This document shows, in pieces, positions 19,156 to 30,978 of a stretch of 64,000 bases of DNA (the stretch's first letter is position 1; the number at the start of each line of letters is the position of its first letter). Origin of the DNA: Phycisphaeraceae bacterium (GTDB lineage: Bacteria; Planctomycetota; Phycisphaerae; Phycisphaerales; Phycisphaeraceae); assembly GCA_963674705.1 (NCBI GenBank), contig OY771506.1, positions 4,032,001 through 4,096,000 of the forward strand, read 5' to 3'. The translations under genes were made by a program, and so were the position numbers. The notes beneath the pieces were generated by a model. That model searched no databases and was not told where the DNA came from. It was given only the letters and a program-made list of their open reading frames with translations.

Positions 19156-20151
19156 TCATGATTTAATTGCCGCTAATCCTGCCTGACTTACGATCCAGCC
19201 ATAAGCCAACGTGAAGACAGTATAAGCCACGATAAAAATGAGTAAGGCAAAACATTGGAAGAACGGCAATACAAGCAGGATCGATGTGAACGCCATGTAC
19301 TTCCACACTTTCAGTAGGAAGTCAGTGTTTTCATAAACAGCCCCCGCGTTGATGTATTCGGCCATCTTGCGTATGAATCCGACAAAACAACCGGGCGCGA
19401 AAACAAATGGTAATAAAGCCACTGCAGCAAATTGCATTGGGATGACTTCCATGAACACTGCGACAAAACTTGCTGCACCAAGGATCAGTAATCCGATCGA
19501 ACCGAGCAAGTAAAAAAGCCCAGCATCCTTGGGAACCACAAGGCAGAAAAACGGGCCAAAGATCAGCATTGGCATAGCCACCAATAATACTATGCCGGCA
19601 ATATGAACCATTATATCGGCGGAAGGATTCTGGCTTGTTGCTTGCCATTCGGCGATCTTTAACAAGATAGAAGCACCAAGCATCCCTAAGTAACCCAGCC
19701 CATGCATGAGCAGTCCCACACCCGCGATCTTCGTCCTTACCGCCGATGCGGTCGAATCATGAGCCGTATCTTTGGCTTGGGTGATCTTGGTCTTGCCGCG
19801 CTTCTTGCCGGACCTCAGATCCGTGCCGCACTGGATACAGAGTGCTGCCCCGGGTTTAATCGCTGCACGGCAATTCGGGCAGACATTGGCAGACAACTCG
19901 ACCGGGGCCGCTGCCGCTGCACCGCCTTCGGGTCCCAGCAGGGCGGACCAGTCCGGGCCTTCCCCTTCATGTTCCGCCGGTTCGTCATGCAGGTCATAGC
20001 TATCGAATTCATCATCGGGCTCTTCGAAGACCGGGGCTTCGACCGTGAACTTTTCCCCGCACTTACAGCGGATGCGCTTGCCTTCAAGCTCCGGTTTAAA
20101 GCGATATTGTCGATCACAGTGCGGACAGATGAACGTATCAGCCTGGCTCAT
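19156..20151 (-). CDS. Membrane protein with two N-terminal zinc ribbons
   Basis: CPHC...CKC, an acidic linker, CPNC...CIQCG, then about 6 TM helices in an AT-rich half. Confidence 0.8.
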   Translation of the reverse strand: MSQADTFICPHCDRQYRFKPELEGKRIRCKCGEKFTVEAPVFEEPDDEFDSYDLHDEPAEHEGEGPDWSALLGPEGGAAAAAPVELSANVCPNCRAAIKPGAALCIQCGTDLRSGKKRGKTKITQAKDTAHDSTASAVRTKIAGVGLLMHGLGYLGMLGASILLKIAEWQATSQNPSADIMVHIAGIVLLVAMPMLIFGPFFCLVVPKDAGLFYLLGSIGLLILGAASFVAVFMEVIPMQFAAVALLPFVFAPGCFVGFIRKMAEYINAGAVYENTDFLLKVWKYMAFTSILLVLPFFQCFALLIFIVAYTVFTLAYGWIVSQAGLAAIKS

Positions 20152-20217
20152 GTGGCCCCCAACACAGAAGTTATGAGATATTAAGAAGTATTGTCTTTCA
20201 AGCCGCCTGCCATCATA

Positions 20218-21387
20218 TCAACGTTTGAGTAATTGCTCACGTTGGATCATCACTTTTAACGTATGGCAAGCCAGTTCGACCTGCGTCTGGTCCATCCGGT
20301 TGAAGAAGGGCAGGGCGAGGGTGCGTTCGCTGATCGATTCAGCGATGGGGAAGTCGCCCTTCTTGAAGCCGAACTGTTCGCGGTAGAACGGCTGGAGATG
20401 GATGCACGGGAAGTAATTGGAAGTGCCGACCTCGTGGCGTCGCATGCCAGTGATGATACGGTCACGTTCGACGTGGCCGTATTGATCGGTCAGGCGGACG
20501 ACGAAGACGAACCAGGACATGTCTTCTTCATGGCCGGGATACAGATTGGGAAGAATCAGATCGTCAAAGCCCATCAGCCGACGCATGTACATCCCCGCGA
20601 CGTTCCGTCGAGCGGTAAGAAACTCATCCAGACGCTGCATCTGCGAGCAGCCCAGAGCCGCGGCGATCTCGGACATGCGGTAGTTGTAGCCCATACGTTC
20701 ATGGGCAAGCCATGAACCAGAGAAGTGCGCATCGCCCGTATGAGCATTAATGGCGCGGCCTTGATTGCGCATGGATCGGCAGAGGTCCGCCAGGCGGTCG
20801 TCATTGGTGACGATCATGCCGCCTTCGCCGGTGGTGATCTGTTTGTTGGGATAGAAAGCGAAGACCGCAGCTCGGCCATAGGAGCCGACGGGTTTACCCA
20901 TGTGCATCCCACCAAAGCCTTCACAGGAATCTTCGATCAGCGGGATCTCGTTCGCTCCGGCGACCTGCGCGATACGGTCCATCTGAAGTGGATTACCGAA
21001 GACTTCGACGGCGATGATCGCCTTGGTTTTCTCGGTGATCGCTTCTTCGAGCTTGGTCGGGTCCATGTTCAAGCTGGTCGGATCGATATCGACGAAGACG
21101 GGCTTGGCGCCGACCATCAGGATGCAATTGGCGCTGGCGATGAAGCTGAAGGGTGTGGTAATGACCTCGTCACCGGGGCCGATGCCCAGCGCGAGCAGGA
21201 TCAGGTGAAGCCCGGCCGTGCCGGAGGAGACCGCAACGCCATGCGTGTTACCGCTACGTCGGGCGACCATCAGCTCGAACTGGTCCTGCTGCGAACCGAT
21301 ACTCAGCCGTCCGGAGCGGAGTGCTGCGGTGACGGCCTGGATATCTGCATCGTTAATGTCGGGCTGACTGAGGGGGATTTCACTCAT
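20218..21387 (-). CDS. DegT/DnrJ/EryC1/StrS-family PLP aminotransferase
   Basis: SSGTAGLH, IEDSCE, FYPNKQITTGEGGM and GYNYRM motifs. Confidence 0.93.
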   Translation of the reverse strand: MSEIPLSQPDINDADIQAVTAALRSGRLSIGSQQDQFELMVARRSGNTHGVAVSSGTAGLHLILLALGIGPGDEVITTPFSFIASANCILMVGAKPVFVDIDPTSLNMDPTKLEEAITEKTKAIIAVEVFGNPLQMDRIAQVAGANEIPLIEDSCEGFGGMHMGKPVGSYGRAAVFAFYPNKQITTGEGGMIVTNDDRLADLCRSMRNQGRAINAHTGDAHFSGSWLAHERMGYNYRMSEIAAALGCSQMQRLDEFLTARRNVAGMYMRRLMGFDDLILPNLYPGHEEDMSWFVFVVRLTDQYGHVERDRIITGMRRHEVGTSNYFPCIHLQPFYREQFGFKKGDFPIAESISERTLALPFFNRMDQTQVELACHTLKVMIQREQLLKR

Positions 21388-22927
21388 CGGTAATCTGTCC
21401 CAGCACGCGGGCCACGGTCTGATCGATTTGGCCAGTGCGTTTAAGGTAAGTCCAAGCGGCCTGGATACGCAGGGAATCTTCCAGGCTCCCGCTACCGCGT
21501 GCCAGTAGCGCCAGGTCCTGCATCTGTTTTTCGTCCATCGGCCGATCTGATCGCGCGATCAGTAATAGCGCCAGGCCACGGGCGTCGGCGCTGTTGAGTT
21601 GGTCTTCGATTCCCGCGACGACGTCCGCCGCCTCGGGCGAACGGGCCCTGACCAATCCGAGCAGGATCGCCTGGATGAGCAGCTTGTCACGGCCGGGCTC
21701 GATCAGGATCGAACGCAGTATCTGGGATGCGGCGTTTGGATTCAGTTCCTGCAGAGCCTGACTGGCGTCGATCGCTTCATCCAGACGGCGGGCTTTACCT
21801 AGCTGGGGGCTGTGTTCATAAGCGAGGATCAATCCAAGCAGGATAACCTGTGCATCTATCTCGGAAGCATGTTCGCGTGCGTAATCCAATGCCCATGCGT
21901 TGACCATCGGATGCCCCAGTTCGAGCAGTTGCGCGATCGCATCTTCGGATTCAGAAGAGCCGGTGGTGATCTGCACGCCGACTTTCCCAATGGCATTGAT
22001 GAGTGGATCGTCGCTTGCGCGCAGTGTTTTAAAGACATCCGGTTCGAGCCAGGGTGCAAGATGCAGCGCGGTTAATGCCAGACGGACGCGGTTGGCTGGG
22101 GAGTCCTTAGCCTCGTCGTATCGTTCGTGCCAGAGTTGCACTGCTCCCGGTGCCTTAAATCGCATGGCAGTGCGAAGTGCAGCCAATTGCAGCACGGGAT
22201 CAGCGTCGGTCTGCTTGGCCATGTCGAGCGCCCAGTCAGCGACCTTGTCGAAGTCATGCTGTAGAGCTGTTTGCAGGAGCATCGCCCGGACTGCATCACG
22301 TTGCGGGTCGTCCGAACTGTCCAGCGTATTACGTAGATACTCCGGCCCGGCCGGATCATCGAGTTGGGTCAGCAGTAAAGCCGCCAGGGCCGAACCACCG
22401 AGCTTCTTGGCGTGGGTGAGTGTGTGTTTCAGGGATTCCGGATCATCGAATCGGCCCACCTCGATCTCACGGACCGCTACGAGCACCTTAACCTCATCAG
22501 CCAGACCGTCCCATGCCAGGATCTGGTCGGCTTGATTGTCGCTAAGCAAGCCGTCGTCCATGGCGGCAGTGATGACGGTGCTCTGGACGGCGGGGTCCTG
22601 GATCTGGGCGATCCGGGCAAGGTCAACCTGCTTATCCGGGCTGAGTTCGGCCTTGCCGAGGATGCCATGGATTTTCAGCCCCGGGTGTTCTGAATCAGAA
22701 AGGTACTCAAACAGGGGCAGGGCAGCAGGATCGTCAAGGTGGCGGATGGCTTTAAGCAGCAGGTTATGCGTGCCACGGCGGTCGACGATGGTGCTCTGCC
22801 TGATCAGGTAGGCGGCCGCGTCGGCGACTTCAGCGTCTGTGTCCGCATGGGCTGGCGTGCTGATCCAAGCCGTGCAGACGGCCAACACGACGCCGAGACA
22901 GGTCCATATACCCTTAAGCTCCATCAC
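21380..22927 (-). CDS. Secreted helical-repeat (HEAT-like) hypothetical protein
   Basis: Signal peptide ending AHA; Leu/Ala-rich helical repeats; overlaps the start of the aminotransferase. Confidence 0.7.
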   Translation of the reverse strand: MMELKGIWTCLGVVLAVCTAWISTPAHADTDAEVADAAAYLIRQSTIVDRRGTHNLLLKAIRHLDDPAALPLFEYLSDSEHPGLKIHGILGKAELSPDKQVDLARIAQIQDPAVQSTVITAAMDDGLLSDNQADQILAWDGLADEVKVLVAVREIEVGRFDDPESLKHTLTHAKKLGGSALAALLLTQLDDPAGPEYLRNTLDSSDDPQRDAVRAMLLQTALQHDFDKVADWALDMAKQTDADPVLQLAALRTAMRFKAPGAVQLWHERYDEAKDSPANRVRLALTALHLAPWLEPDVFKTLRASDDPLINAIGKVGVQITTGSSESEDAIAQLLELGHPMVNAWALDYAREHASEIDAQVILLGLILAYEHSPQLGKARRLDEAIDASQALQELNPNAASQILRSILIEPGRDKLLIQAILLGLVRARSPEAADVVAGIEDQLNSADARGLALLLIARSDRPMDEKQMQDLALLARGSGSLEDSLRIQAAWTYLKRTGQIDQTVARVLGQITDE

Positions 22928-23014
22928 AACAGTTTACGAGATCGTGGCGGTCGGTAAAGGACGGCTCCTGTTGTGATTGACCGAAAGGGGCCAAGCGGCG
23001 ACGATACGCGGCTT

Positions 23015-24100
23015 ATGTCATACGAACGAGAGAACATCCGAAGCCTGAGCCCGTACGTCCCCGGCGAGCAGCCTGTGGATACGACGGTCGTCAAGCTGAA
23101 CACCAATGAGAACCCCTATCCGCCCGATCCGGCGGTCCTGGAGGCGGTTGCGGCGGTGCAGGCAGAGTCCTTAAGGCGTTATCCACCGCCGCTGGCGACT
23201 CCGTTCCGCAATACCGCGGCCGAGGTCCATGATCTGGAGCCGCAGCAGGTTATCGCCACCAATGGCGGGGACGAATTATTACGCCTGGCGATCACCGTTT
23301 TCTGTGACCCGACCGGCTCCGATGGCTCGGGGGGCCTGGGTGAGACCCAGCCGACTTATTCGCTGTACGACGTGCTGGCGAGGATTCAGGACACGCCGGT
23401 GACGCGCGTTCCGCTGGAAGAGGACTGGTCGATCCCGATGGACTTTGCAGCCAGGCTGAATGATGCAGGTTGTCGGCTGGCGATGGTCGTGAATCCACAT
23501 GCGCCCAGCGGCCGGTATGAATCCAACGATCGGCTTCGACAGATTGCAGAGGAATTCAAAGGTGTGCTTCTGGTCGACGAAGCGTATACCAACTTCGCCC
23601 GGCTGGATGCCACGGAACTGATCCGAGGTGAGGACGGCCTGAAGAACGTGCTGCTATTACGCACGATGAGTAAGGGGTATTCTCTGGCCGGGCTGCGCTT
23701 CGGCTATGGGCTCGGTCATGCGGACCTGATCGCGGCCCTGGATAAGGTTCGTGACAGCTACAACACGGACATACTCGCTCAGGCCGCGGCGGTGGCGGCA
23801 TTGAAAACGCGTGGGGCGGCAAAGAAGAAGTGCGAACTGGTCGTTCAGGAACGGCGTCGGCTCGGGGATGAACTGACCCGGATGGGCTGGCGGGTCTGGC
23901 CCAGCGACAGCAACTTCATTCTCGCCAAACCGGCTGAAAACAGCCCAAATGCTAAAGATACCTACGAATACCTAAAGCAGAACCGTGTTATCGTGCGATA
24001 CTTCGATCAGGACCGCCTTCGCGACAAGCTGCGGATCACCATCGGTTCGCCGCAACAGAATGACACACTGCTGCGGGTCCTGACAGAACGGCCCAATTAA
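23015..24100 (+). CDS. hisC: Histidinol-phosphate aminotransferase
   Basis: [37 protein letters not shown]; adjacent to hisB. Confidence 0.93.
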   Translation: MSYERENIRSLSPYVPGEQPVDTTVVKLNTNENPYPPDPAVLEAVAAVQAESLRRYPPPLATPFRNTAAEVHDLEPQQVIATNGGDELLRLAITVFCDPTGSDGSGGLGETQPTYSLYDVLARIQDTPVTRVPLEEDWSIPMDFAARLNDAGCRLAMVVNPHAPSGRYESNDRLRQIAEEFKGVLLVDEAYTNFARLDATELIRGEDGLKNVLLLRTMSKGYSLAGLRFGYGLGHADLIAALDKVRDSYNTDILAQAAAVAALKTRGAAKKKCELVVQERRRLGDELTRMGWRVWPSDSNFILAKPAENSPNAKDTYEYLKQNRVIVRYFDQDRLRDKLRITIGSPQQNDTLLRVLTERPN

Positions 24101-24114
24101 TACTCGGAGCAGAC

Positions 24115-24711
24115 ATGGCTTCACGCACCGCAAAAATAACACGTAAGACCAACGAAACCGACATCACCATCGAGCTGAACCTCGATCCTGAAAAAACCGG
24201 TGTCTATTCGAACAAGACGGGTGTGGGATTCTTCGATCACATGCTCGATCATGTCGCCCGTCATGGGAAGTTCTGCCTGAACGTCTCAGCCAAGGGGGAT
24301 TTACACATCGACGACCACCACACCGTCGAAGATGTCGGCATCGTGCTGGGGCAGGTGCTTGAACAGGCGCTGGGTGATAAGAAGGGCATCGAGCGGTACG
24401 GTTTTGCATCCGTCCCGATGGATGAGGCGCTTGCGCGTGTGAGTATCGACCTGTCCGGCCGGGCGGCGCTGGCATTTGATGTGAAGTTCAAGGATTCGTT
24501 CGGCAAGATCGGCACGTTCGACAACCAGCTCGTGCGTGAGTTTTTCAACGCGGTCGTTAATGCCGGCAGGTTCAACTGCCATATTGAGGTGCCGCGTGGT
24601 GAGAACGATCACCACATTGCTGAAGCGATCTTCAAGGCGTTCGGCCGTGCCCTGCGTGAAGCAGTGAACATCACCGGTGACGAAGTACCGAGCACCAAGG
24701 GATCGCTGTAA
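24115..24711 (+). CDS. hisB: Imidazoleglycerol-phosphate dehydratase
   Basis: [35 protein letters not shown] and PSTKG motifs. Confidence 0.97.
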   Translation: MASRTAKITRKTNETDITIELNLDPEKTGVYSNKTGVGFFDHMLDHVARHGKFCLNVSAKGDLHIDDHHTVEDVGIVLGQVLEQALGDKKGIERYGFASVPMDEALARVSIDLSGRAALAFDVKFKDSFGKIGTFDNQLVREFFNAVVNAGRFNCHIEVPRGENDHHIAEAIFKAFGRALREAVNITGDEVPSTKGSL

Positions 24712-24843
24712 CCACAAGTTCTGACAATCGGGATTGCCACAACGCGCGCTTTAAAAGCGTGAGAATTATCTTGTGGACGGTCAGATATCCCGATACCATA
24801 TGTGTATCCGGATCCCCACAACCCGATTGCATGGAGACTGCAA

Positions 24844-26940
24844 ATGTCTCAGTATCAGCGAATATGTCGGCCTGCTTTGGCTGTATTCACGCCTTGCGTT
24901 CTGCTTGTTCTCCTGATCGTTGTGCTGTTGATGGGGTGGCAGCAGACAGGACATGCTCAACTCATACGTGGTGTTTATGACGGTGATCGTGTTGACGATT
25001 CAGATGTAGATCGTCGCATTACCTGGCTGCACTGGTGGGAAGCCAACCGTGATGACTATCTGATGGCTGCCTTGAGAAACCGTGATAAGATCGAGCGAAA
25101 AGAACCATTTGATACCGAACGATTGTCACGATCGGTCAACACGCTCATTGAAGTCACCCGCCTGGATGATAAGGATTCAAGCAAGCTCAAAGCGTTGCGC
25201 GTCGCGGCAACACTGTCGCTGGGTAAGATCGGCACGGATGAGGCAATTGATCGTCTGATCGAGTTGATGCAGGATAAACGGGGCAACGTTCGATCCATGG
25301 CGTGGTTGGCGTTGGGTGTCAGCGGCCATGCGCGGGCCCGTGAAGTCTTGTTGGAAGCAACCCCGATCAGTGAAGATGATCGGCTGGCACGTGATGTGGC
25401 GATGGGCTTATTAAAGCCGGGGGATAGTGCCGCCATCGAGCTTCTGAAACGCGAACTCGTTGAACTTCCCAATGAATCGCAGAAACGCATCGCACTGCAA
25501 TCCCTGCGTCTTTTGCGGGCAGGAGAAATCGCTGACATCGGATACGAGGTGCTCAAGGGCACGGTCAATGAGAACCTGGCTTCCGAGGCGGTGCTTGCGA
25601 TGGCGACCCGGCCGCAGCCCGATCAAGCCGACCTCATCCTCTCGTTATTAAATGGGGGGCCACCGGCGTCACGCCTGCCGATCGGAGCACTCGACGATAC
25701 AGACGATCACCTTCGTCCCGGTGGGTACACCACCCCCACACGCTTTGCCGCGGCGATGGTGCTCGGCAAGTATGAAGGCATGTTCCCGATCCACCGTCTT
25801 GAACGTGTGCTATCTAAACATGTATTCAGGACCACGCCCAGTGGTGAGGGCGATTATTACCGAGGTGTTGCGCTGCTTTCACTGGTGCCGATGATCGAGC
25901 CCGATGACGAAACAGTACTTTTTGATGCACTGGATGGCCGCACGCGCGTATTCGACTATGAGTCCGCACATGTGCCTCTGAGCGATGGACCTGTTGACGA
26001 AAGGGAATTCAACAGGCGGTACGATCCACTGCGCGGGTATGCCGCGATCGGGATGGGCTTGTATCTGAAACATATCCGCGACACGCAGCCGGCTGAGCCG
26101 GATTTGCAGCGTAATCCCGTACGTTACGAGCACGAAGCCGAACGTGCTCAACGGCGTATGCTCGATCAGCTATCGCGGACATTGGAAAACCAACGCGTGC
26201 TCAACGATCTGCGCTGCGCTGCGGCGATTGGTCTTGCACTTAGCGATGAACCCGAAGCCGTGGACCTGCTCAAACAGGGACAGAACGAAACCGAGATTGA
26301 AAACGTGATGTTGATGGGCTACAGCACGCTGGCACTGGCGCTGCTTGGCGACAAAGACGCAGCAATCCCAGCCAGACGCTACCTGCTTGAACTCTCAGCT
26401 TCACGAAACGCCGATGGATTCAGTAACAAATACGACCTTGAACAGACCATGGGCATGCGCGTGATGGCGCTTGCGTTGGGATTAATCGGTACGGAAGAGG
26501 ATGCATCCACACTTATCAAGGCGTGGGGAGCAGACCCCTGGGTCAGTCTGGAAATCGCCAGAGCGTTGAATTGGCTTGAAGACGACAGCCTGTCGGAATC
26601 CCTGATCGAGTTGATCCGTAAAGACCCCGACGATGCCGATGCTGTTCTGGCCGCGATGAGCCTGGGCGAACTTTATGAATCAAATCGACCGTCCAAACTG
26701 TCGCGTCTTGTCGCAGGTTGCAATTACACCATCAACGACAGCGGTATCGCCCCGGCAAACGTGGCGGACCCGGAGCCACGGAATCGCTCACGCGACCTCA
26801 GACGCACCATCAGTCGATGGCAATCGCTCAACAGCCGAATATATCAATCACCGGCTAACGTGTTCCTCTATGAAGTCATGCTCCAGGAGTCTTACTATCC
26901 CTACACATCGCATGACGACGACAGAAGAATAGGGCGTTAA
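24844..26940 (+). CDS. Secreted HEAT-repeat protein
   Basis: Signal/TM segment; WLHWWEANR; repeated R-x-x-A-x-x-A-L-G units. Confidence 0.75.
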   Translation: MSQYQRICRPALAVFTPCVLLVLLIVVLLMGWQQTGHAQLIRGVYDGDRVDDSDVDRRITWLHWWEANRDDYLMAALRNRDKIERKEPFDTERLSRSVNTLIEVTRLDDKDSSKLKALRVAATLSLGKIGTDEAIDRLIELMQDKRGNVRSMAWLALGVSGHARAREVLLEATPISEDDRLARDVAMGLLKPGDSAAIELLKRELVELPNESQKRIALQSLRLLRAGEIADIGYEVLKGTVNENLASEAVLAMATRPQPDQADLILSLLNGGPPASRLPIGALDDTDDHLRPGGYTTPTRFAAAMVLGKYEGMFPIHRLERVLSKHVFRTTPSGEGDYYRGVALLSLVPMIEPDDETVLFDALDGRTRVFDYESAHVPLSDGPVDEREFNRRYDPLRGYAAIGMGLYLKHIRDTQPAEPDLQRNPVRYEHEAERAQRRMLDQLSRTLENQRVLNDLRCAAAIGLALSDEPEAVDLLKQGQNETEIENVMLMGYSTLALALLGDKDAAIPARRYLLELSASRNADGFSNKYDLEQTMGMRVMALALGLIGTEEDASTLIKAWGADPWVSLEIARALNWLEDDSLSESLIELIRKDPDDADAVLAAMSLGELYESNRPSKLSRLVAGCNYTINDSGIAPANVADPEPRNRSRDLRRTISRWQSLNSRIYQSPANVFLYEVMLQESYYPYTSHDDDRRIGR

Positions 26941-28520
26941 ACACCTGCCTTGTATTTGTCTCTCACTCGCACCACACCTCGCTTGTTCGACGCAAGGTGT
27001 TCAAGGATGTGGTGGATCGACTCGACGCGGTCGGCTTCACCGACTGCTTGGGCAATCTCCTCGACGCTCAGCTCGCTGCCTGGCTTGCCTTTAAGCTCGC
27101 TGATTGCCTTTCGTTGCAGCTCAAGCACCGCGGCGGCGGCTTTCTTGCCCGCTTCAACACCCGGCTGGTGGTAAGCATTGATATTGATCAATGTCGCGTA
27201 GAAACCAACCGCCCGTTCGTACAGGGCGATGAACGCTCCGAGCGTCTTGGCGTCGATTTTCTCCGCGGTGATGGTGACCGAGCCGCGACCGGATTCGTAG
27301 AGCGCCTGGCGCGTACCTTGCCAGAAGCCGTTGAGGTAATCACCGGTCGTCACGCCGGGCTCCACTTCGATCGGTGTCGTGCGTCCAGGGCGTGGCGTGT
27401 CCTGTAGGATGACGATGAAGTTAACGAAGAAGTTATGCAAACCATCGCGCAGTTGTTGGACGTAAGCGTGCTGGTCGGTTGAGCCCTTATTGCCGTAGAC
27501 AGCGATGCCCTGGTTGACGGTGTTGCCCTCAAGGTCGAGTTCCTTACCGAGGCTTTCCATGACCAGTTGCTGCAGGTACCGGGACAGCAGCAGCAGTCGG
27601 TCCTTGTAGGGCAGGACGACCATATCTTTTTCGCCCTTGCCGTTGGTGGCGTAATACCACATCAGCGCGAGCAAAGCGGCGGGATTCTTCATCGTCTTGT
27701 TGACGCGGGTCAGCGCATCCATTTTGGCGGCGCCATCGAGAAAAGCGCGGATATCCAGCCCCTGCAATGCGGCAGGTAAAAGTCCCACAGCCGACATCAC
27801 ACTGGTCCGGCCGCCGACCCAGTCCCACATGGCAAACCGTTTGAGCCAGCCTTCGCTTTGAGCCGTTTTGTCGAGGTTTGAGCCTTCACCGGTTACTGCC
27901 ACCGCTTGCTTGGCAAAATCCAGGCCCTTCTCGGCGAAGTAGGCCTGCGTCATCATCAGCCCGTTACGAGGCTCTGGGGTTCCGCCTGACTTGGATATCA
28001 CAACGACCAGCGTGGACTTCAAACGAGAACCCAGGTCTTTGAGCGTGCGCTCGATCCCGTCCGGATCGGTGTTGTCGAGGATATGAAACTTAAGCTTGTC
28101 CCGGTTAGTGCCAAGGCAGTCAGCTACAAGTTGTGGGCCCAGTGCCGAGCCACCGATACCGATCAGCAGCAGGTCCGTGAAACGAGCGGCGTCCGGTGGC
28201 GTGACTTCTTTTTTGTGAACGGCAGCGACAAACGCGGTGATCTGGTTGACGCTGTCTCGGATAGCCCCGGCGATTGCTTCATCCGGCGCCAGTTCCGGCG
28301 CTCGCAGCCAGTAGTGGCCCACCTTACGCTTCTCGTCGGGGTTGGCGACTTCACCGGCTTCGAGTTTTTCCATGGCCTCGTAGGCCCGGTCCATCGGCTC
28401 GGTCATCTGCTTAAAGAAGCCGTCGTCGAAGTTGATGCGTGAGATATCCAGACTGATACCCAGCCCCGGGCACTTGCATAGGTACTTCTGGTAGCGTTGC
28501 CAGAGTGCTGATCCGTCCAT
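26937..28520 (-). CDS. pgi: Glucose-6-phosphate isomerase
   Basis: [43 protein letters not shown] and HQPGVEAGK motifs. Confidence 0.97.
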   Translation of the reverse strand: MDGSALWQRYQKYLCKCPGLGISLDISRINFDDGFFKQMTEPMDRAYEAMEKLEAGEVANPDEKRKVGHYWLRAPELAPDEAIAGAIRDSVNQITAFVAAVHKKEVTPPDAARFTDLLLIGIGGSALGPQLVADCLGTNRDKLKFHILDNTDPDGIERTLKDLGSRLKSTLVVVISKSGGTPEPRNGLMMTQAYFAEKGLDFAKQAVAVTGEGSNLDKTAQSEGWLKRFAMWDWVGGRTSVMSAVGLLPAALQGLDIRAFLDGAAKMDALTRVNKTMKNPAALLALMWYYATNGKGEKDMVVLPYKDRLLLLSRYLQQLVMESLGKELDLEGNTVNQGIAVYGNKGSTDQHAYVQQLRDGLHNFFVNFIVILQDTPRPGRTTPIEVEPGVTTGDYLNGFWQGTRQALYESGRGSVTITAEKIDAKTLGAFIALYERAVGFYATLININAYHQPGVEAGKKAAAAVLELQRKAISELKGKPGSELSVEEIAQAVGEADRVESIHHILEHLASNKRGVVRVRDKYKAGV

Positions 28521-28564
28521 TGTCTTGAGTCTCTTGTTGGGGGTGAACTAATGAGTGAGGTTGA

Positions 28565-29038
28565 TTAGAGCTTTAATGCATCTTCGTCCGGCTGAACCGT
28601 GAGTCGGTAGCGGATGTTAGCAGCCGGATCGTATAGTTCGGCTGAGATCACCGGCCGGGCCAGGTCAGGCTGAAGGAACGAGCCAACCGGGAAAGCCTCT
28701 TGATGCCGATTAATCAGGCTTTTGAGCGGTAAAGCTTCATTGGTGCCGATCGTGATCGGGTCAAGGTTGCGTACATACTGCTGGTTCAGCCAGAGCTGCA
28801 TGCCCTCATAGGTCCGAGCGGTGCGGTTGGTCAGGCTGATCGCTGTGCCCTTTCGGACCACGACGATATCAAGGTCAGGCCCGTATTCTGCCTTTCCGGG
28901 GTATCGCAGGGCGGCGAGGGCCTCGGCGGTCGGGCCGTCAACAATCGGCGGAGGCTGCTCACAGCCGATCGGCAGCAGGCATACCACCAGGAGCAGGGCG
29001 AACAACCACGTACTTGATCTGATCATCTGAAGGTTCAT
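28565..29038 (-). CDS. Hypothetical lipoprotein
   Basis: Hydrophobic N-terminus with lipobox-like PIGC. Confidence 0.7.
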   Translation of the reverse strand: MNLQMIRSSTWLFALLLVVCLLPIGCEQPPPIVDGPTAEALAALRYPGKAEYGPDLDIVVVRKGTAISLTNRTARTYEGMQLWLNQQYVRNLDPITIGTNEALPLKSLINRHQEAFPVGSFLQPDLARPVISAELYDPAANIRYRLTVQPDEDALKL

Positions 29039-29095
29039 CCTCGGGGTCCTGATCGTTGCGATCCGTCATCGGATCGTCCGCCTATAATGACCGCC

Positions 29096-30157
29096 ATGCC
29101 AAAACTCGGCAAACTTGAACTGGATGCGCCGTTCTATCAGGCGGGACTGGCGGGTTATTCCGACACCGCGATGCGGCTGGTCGCCCGTCGGCACGGCTGC
29201 CCGTATTGCGTGACCGAGGCCCTGTTGGACCACTTCCTGATCCAGGGAGGCAGGGGCCTGAAAATGGCGGAATTGCACGAGGACGATCACCCGATCGCCG
29301 GGCAATTAATGGGCTCACACCCTCAGGATATCGCCCAGGGGGCCGAGGTTTTACTTGGGATGGGCTACGATGTAATCGACATCAACCTGGCCTGCCCGGT
29401 CAAGAAGATCAAGAAAAAGAGCCGTGGGGGGCACATGATGTCCGTGCCGGATGAAGCGATCGCGATCCTGGACGCCGTGCGGCAGCAGGTGGGCGATCGA
29501 ACACCTTGCACGGTGAAACTGCGCCGCGGCAGCGACGACTCGCCCGAGGCGCTTGCCAACTTCCACAAGATTTTCGAGGCGGTGATCGATCTTGGCTATG
29601 CCGGAGCCACCGTCCACGGTCGAAGCGTTGCCCAGAAGTACATCGGCCCGTCCAACTGGGACTTCCTGCGTGATCTGACCGCTCATTATGGCCCGGTAGA
29701 GGGCTTTACCATCGGCGGCTCAGGAGACGTCTGGCAGGCTGCTGACATCTTCAGGATGATCGAATACACGAATGTGGACTGGGTCAGCGTCGCACGCGGC
29801 TGCATCGGTAATCCGTGGCTCTTCCGGCAAGCGAGGGCGATGATGGCAGGAGATGCGGAGGAAGCCAAACGACCACCGACGATCTTCGAGCAGCGTGATG
29901 TGCTGCTGGAGCACTTTGAGTTGTCTGTGGCAACCCATGGCGAGCAACTTGCCTCAAAACTGATGCGCAAGTTCGGTATCCGATTCAGCAGGCACCACCC
30001 TCAAGGCGATGAGATCAAGCAGGCATTTATCAAGGTAATGGGTTTACCCGGATGGCGGGCGGTCCTGGAAAAGTATTACCATACAGATGGCCCGGGCGTC
30101 GACGGGGAACAGGCTCTGCCTGAAGAAGCGACGGAGGCAGAGGGATGCGGCGTTTAA
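29096..30157 (+). CDS. tRNA-dihydrouridine synthase (DusB-like)
   Basis: IDINLACPV, TVKLR, TVHGRS, GSGDV and ARGCIGNPWLF motifs. The start is 29087 or 29096. Confidence 0.9.
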   Translation: MPKLGKLELDAPFYQAGLAGYSDTAMRLVARRHGCPYCVTEALLDHFLIQGGRGLKMAELHEDDHPIAGQLMGSHPQDIAQGAEVLLGMGYDVIDINLACPVKKIKKKSRGGHMMSVPDEAIAILDAVRQQVGDRTPCTVKLRRGSDDSPEALANFHKIFEAVIDLGYAGATVHGRSVAQKYIGPSNWDFLRDLTAHYGPVEGFTIGGSGDVWQAADIFRMIEYTNVDWVSVARGCIGNPWLFRQARAMMAGDAEEAKRPPTIFEQRDVLLEHFELSVATHGEQLASKLMRKFGIRFSRHHPQGDEIKQAFIKVMGLPGWRAVLEKYYHTDGPGVDGEQALPEEATEAEGCGV

Positions 30158-30201
30158 CAGGATTTAATTCGCTGATTGATGTCCGAAAGAAAGGATTCTG
30201 T

Positions 30202-30966
30202 ATGAAGTGGACGGCATGGATGGTCGGGTTGCTCTGTCTTGTTTTATTGGGCTGCCAACCGTCGCAACGCGTTGCTGACAAAGACGGCTCCCTGGCCAAA
30301 GCCAAATACCGGGCACGTATTGTCGGTCGTTCAGTTGAGAATCGCCCGATCCTGACACGGGTCTACGGTGAGGGGGACGATGTGATCCTCATCATGGCGG
30401 GGATCCACGGCACCGAGGCGAAAGGCATCCCAATTCTCGATCGTTTGGGTGAGGAATTGATGCAACGACCTGAGTTGCTTGAGGGCCGAACGGTCGTACT
30501 CATGCCGGAAGTCAATCCTGACGGCGTGAAGGCCGGTAAACGTCACAACGCTAACGATGTCGACCTCAACCGCAACTTCCCGGCTGACAACTTCAGCGGG
30601 AAGGATAAGCACGGAAGCGAACCGCTGTCGCAACCCGAATCGAAGATCATCCTCAAGCAGATCGAGCTGTACAAACCCAACCGGATCGTGACTTTCCACG
30701 AGCCTTTGAACTGCCTGGATTATGATGGCGAAGATGCCAAACTGATCGCGGAAGCGATGGGCCAATACACGGACCTTCCGGTGAAGCGACTCGGCGGTCG
30801 GCCCGGTTCGCTGGGATCGTACTTTGGCATCGATAAGGGCATTCCGTGCATCACGGTTGAATTGCCAAAGAATGCCAAGATGATGAGTGATGAAGAATTG
30901 TGGGAGCGCTACGGCCAGGCCACAATCGTGTCGATCACGTATCCAGAGGTGCTGGAAGCAAAGTAG
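30202..30966 (+). CDS. M14 zinc carboxypeptidase lipoprotein (MpaA-like murein peptide amidase)
   Basis: LLGC lipobox; GRSVENRPI, IHGTE, NPDG, DLNRNFP, SQPES, TFHEP and TVELP motifs. Confidence 0.85.
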   Translation: MKWTAWMVGLLCLVLLGCQPSQRVADKDGSLAKAKYRARIVGRSVENRPILTRVYGEGDDVILIMAGIHGTEAKGIPILDRLGEELMQRPELLEGRTVVLMPEVNPDGVKAGKRHNANDVDLNRNFPADNFSGKDKHGSEPLSQPESKIILKQIELYKPNRIVTFHEPLNCLDYDGEDAKLIAEAMGQYTDLPVKRLGGRPGSLGSYFGIDKGIPCITVELPKNAKMMSDEELWERYGQATIVSITYPEVLEAK

Positions 30967-30978
30967 GCGACCTGCTTG

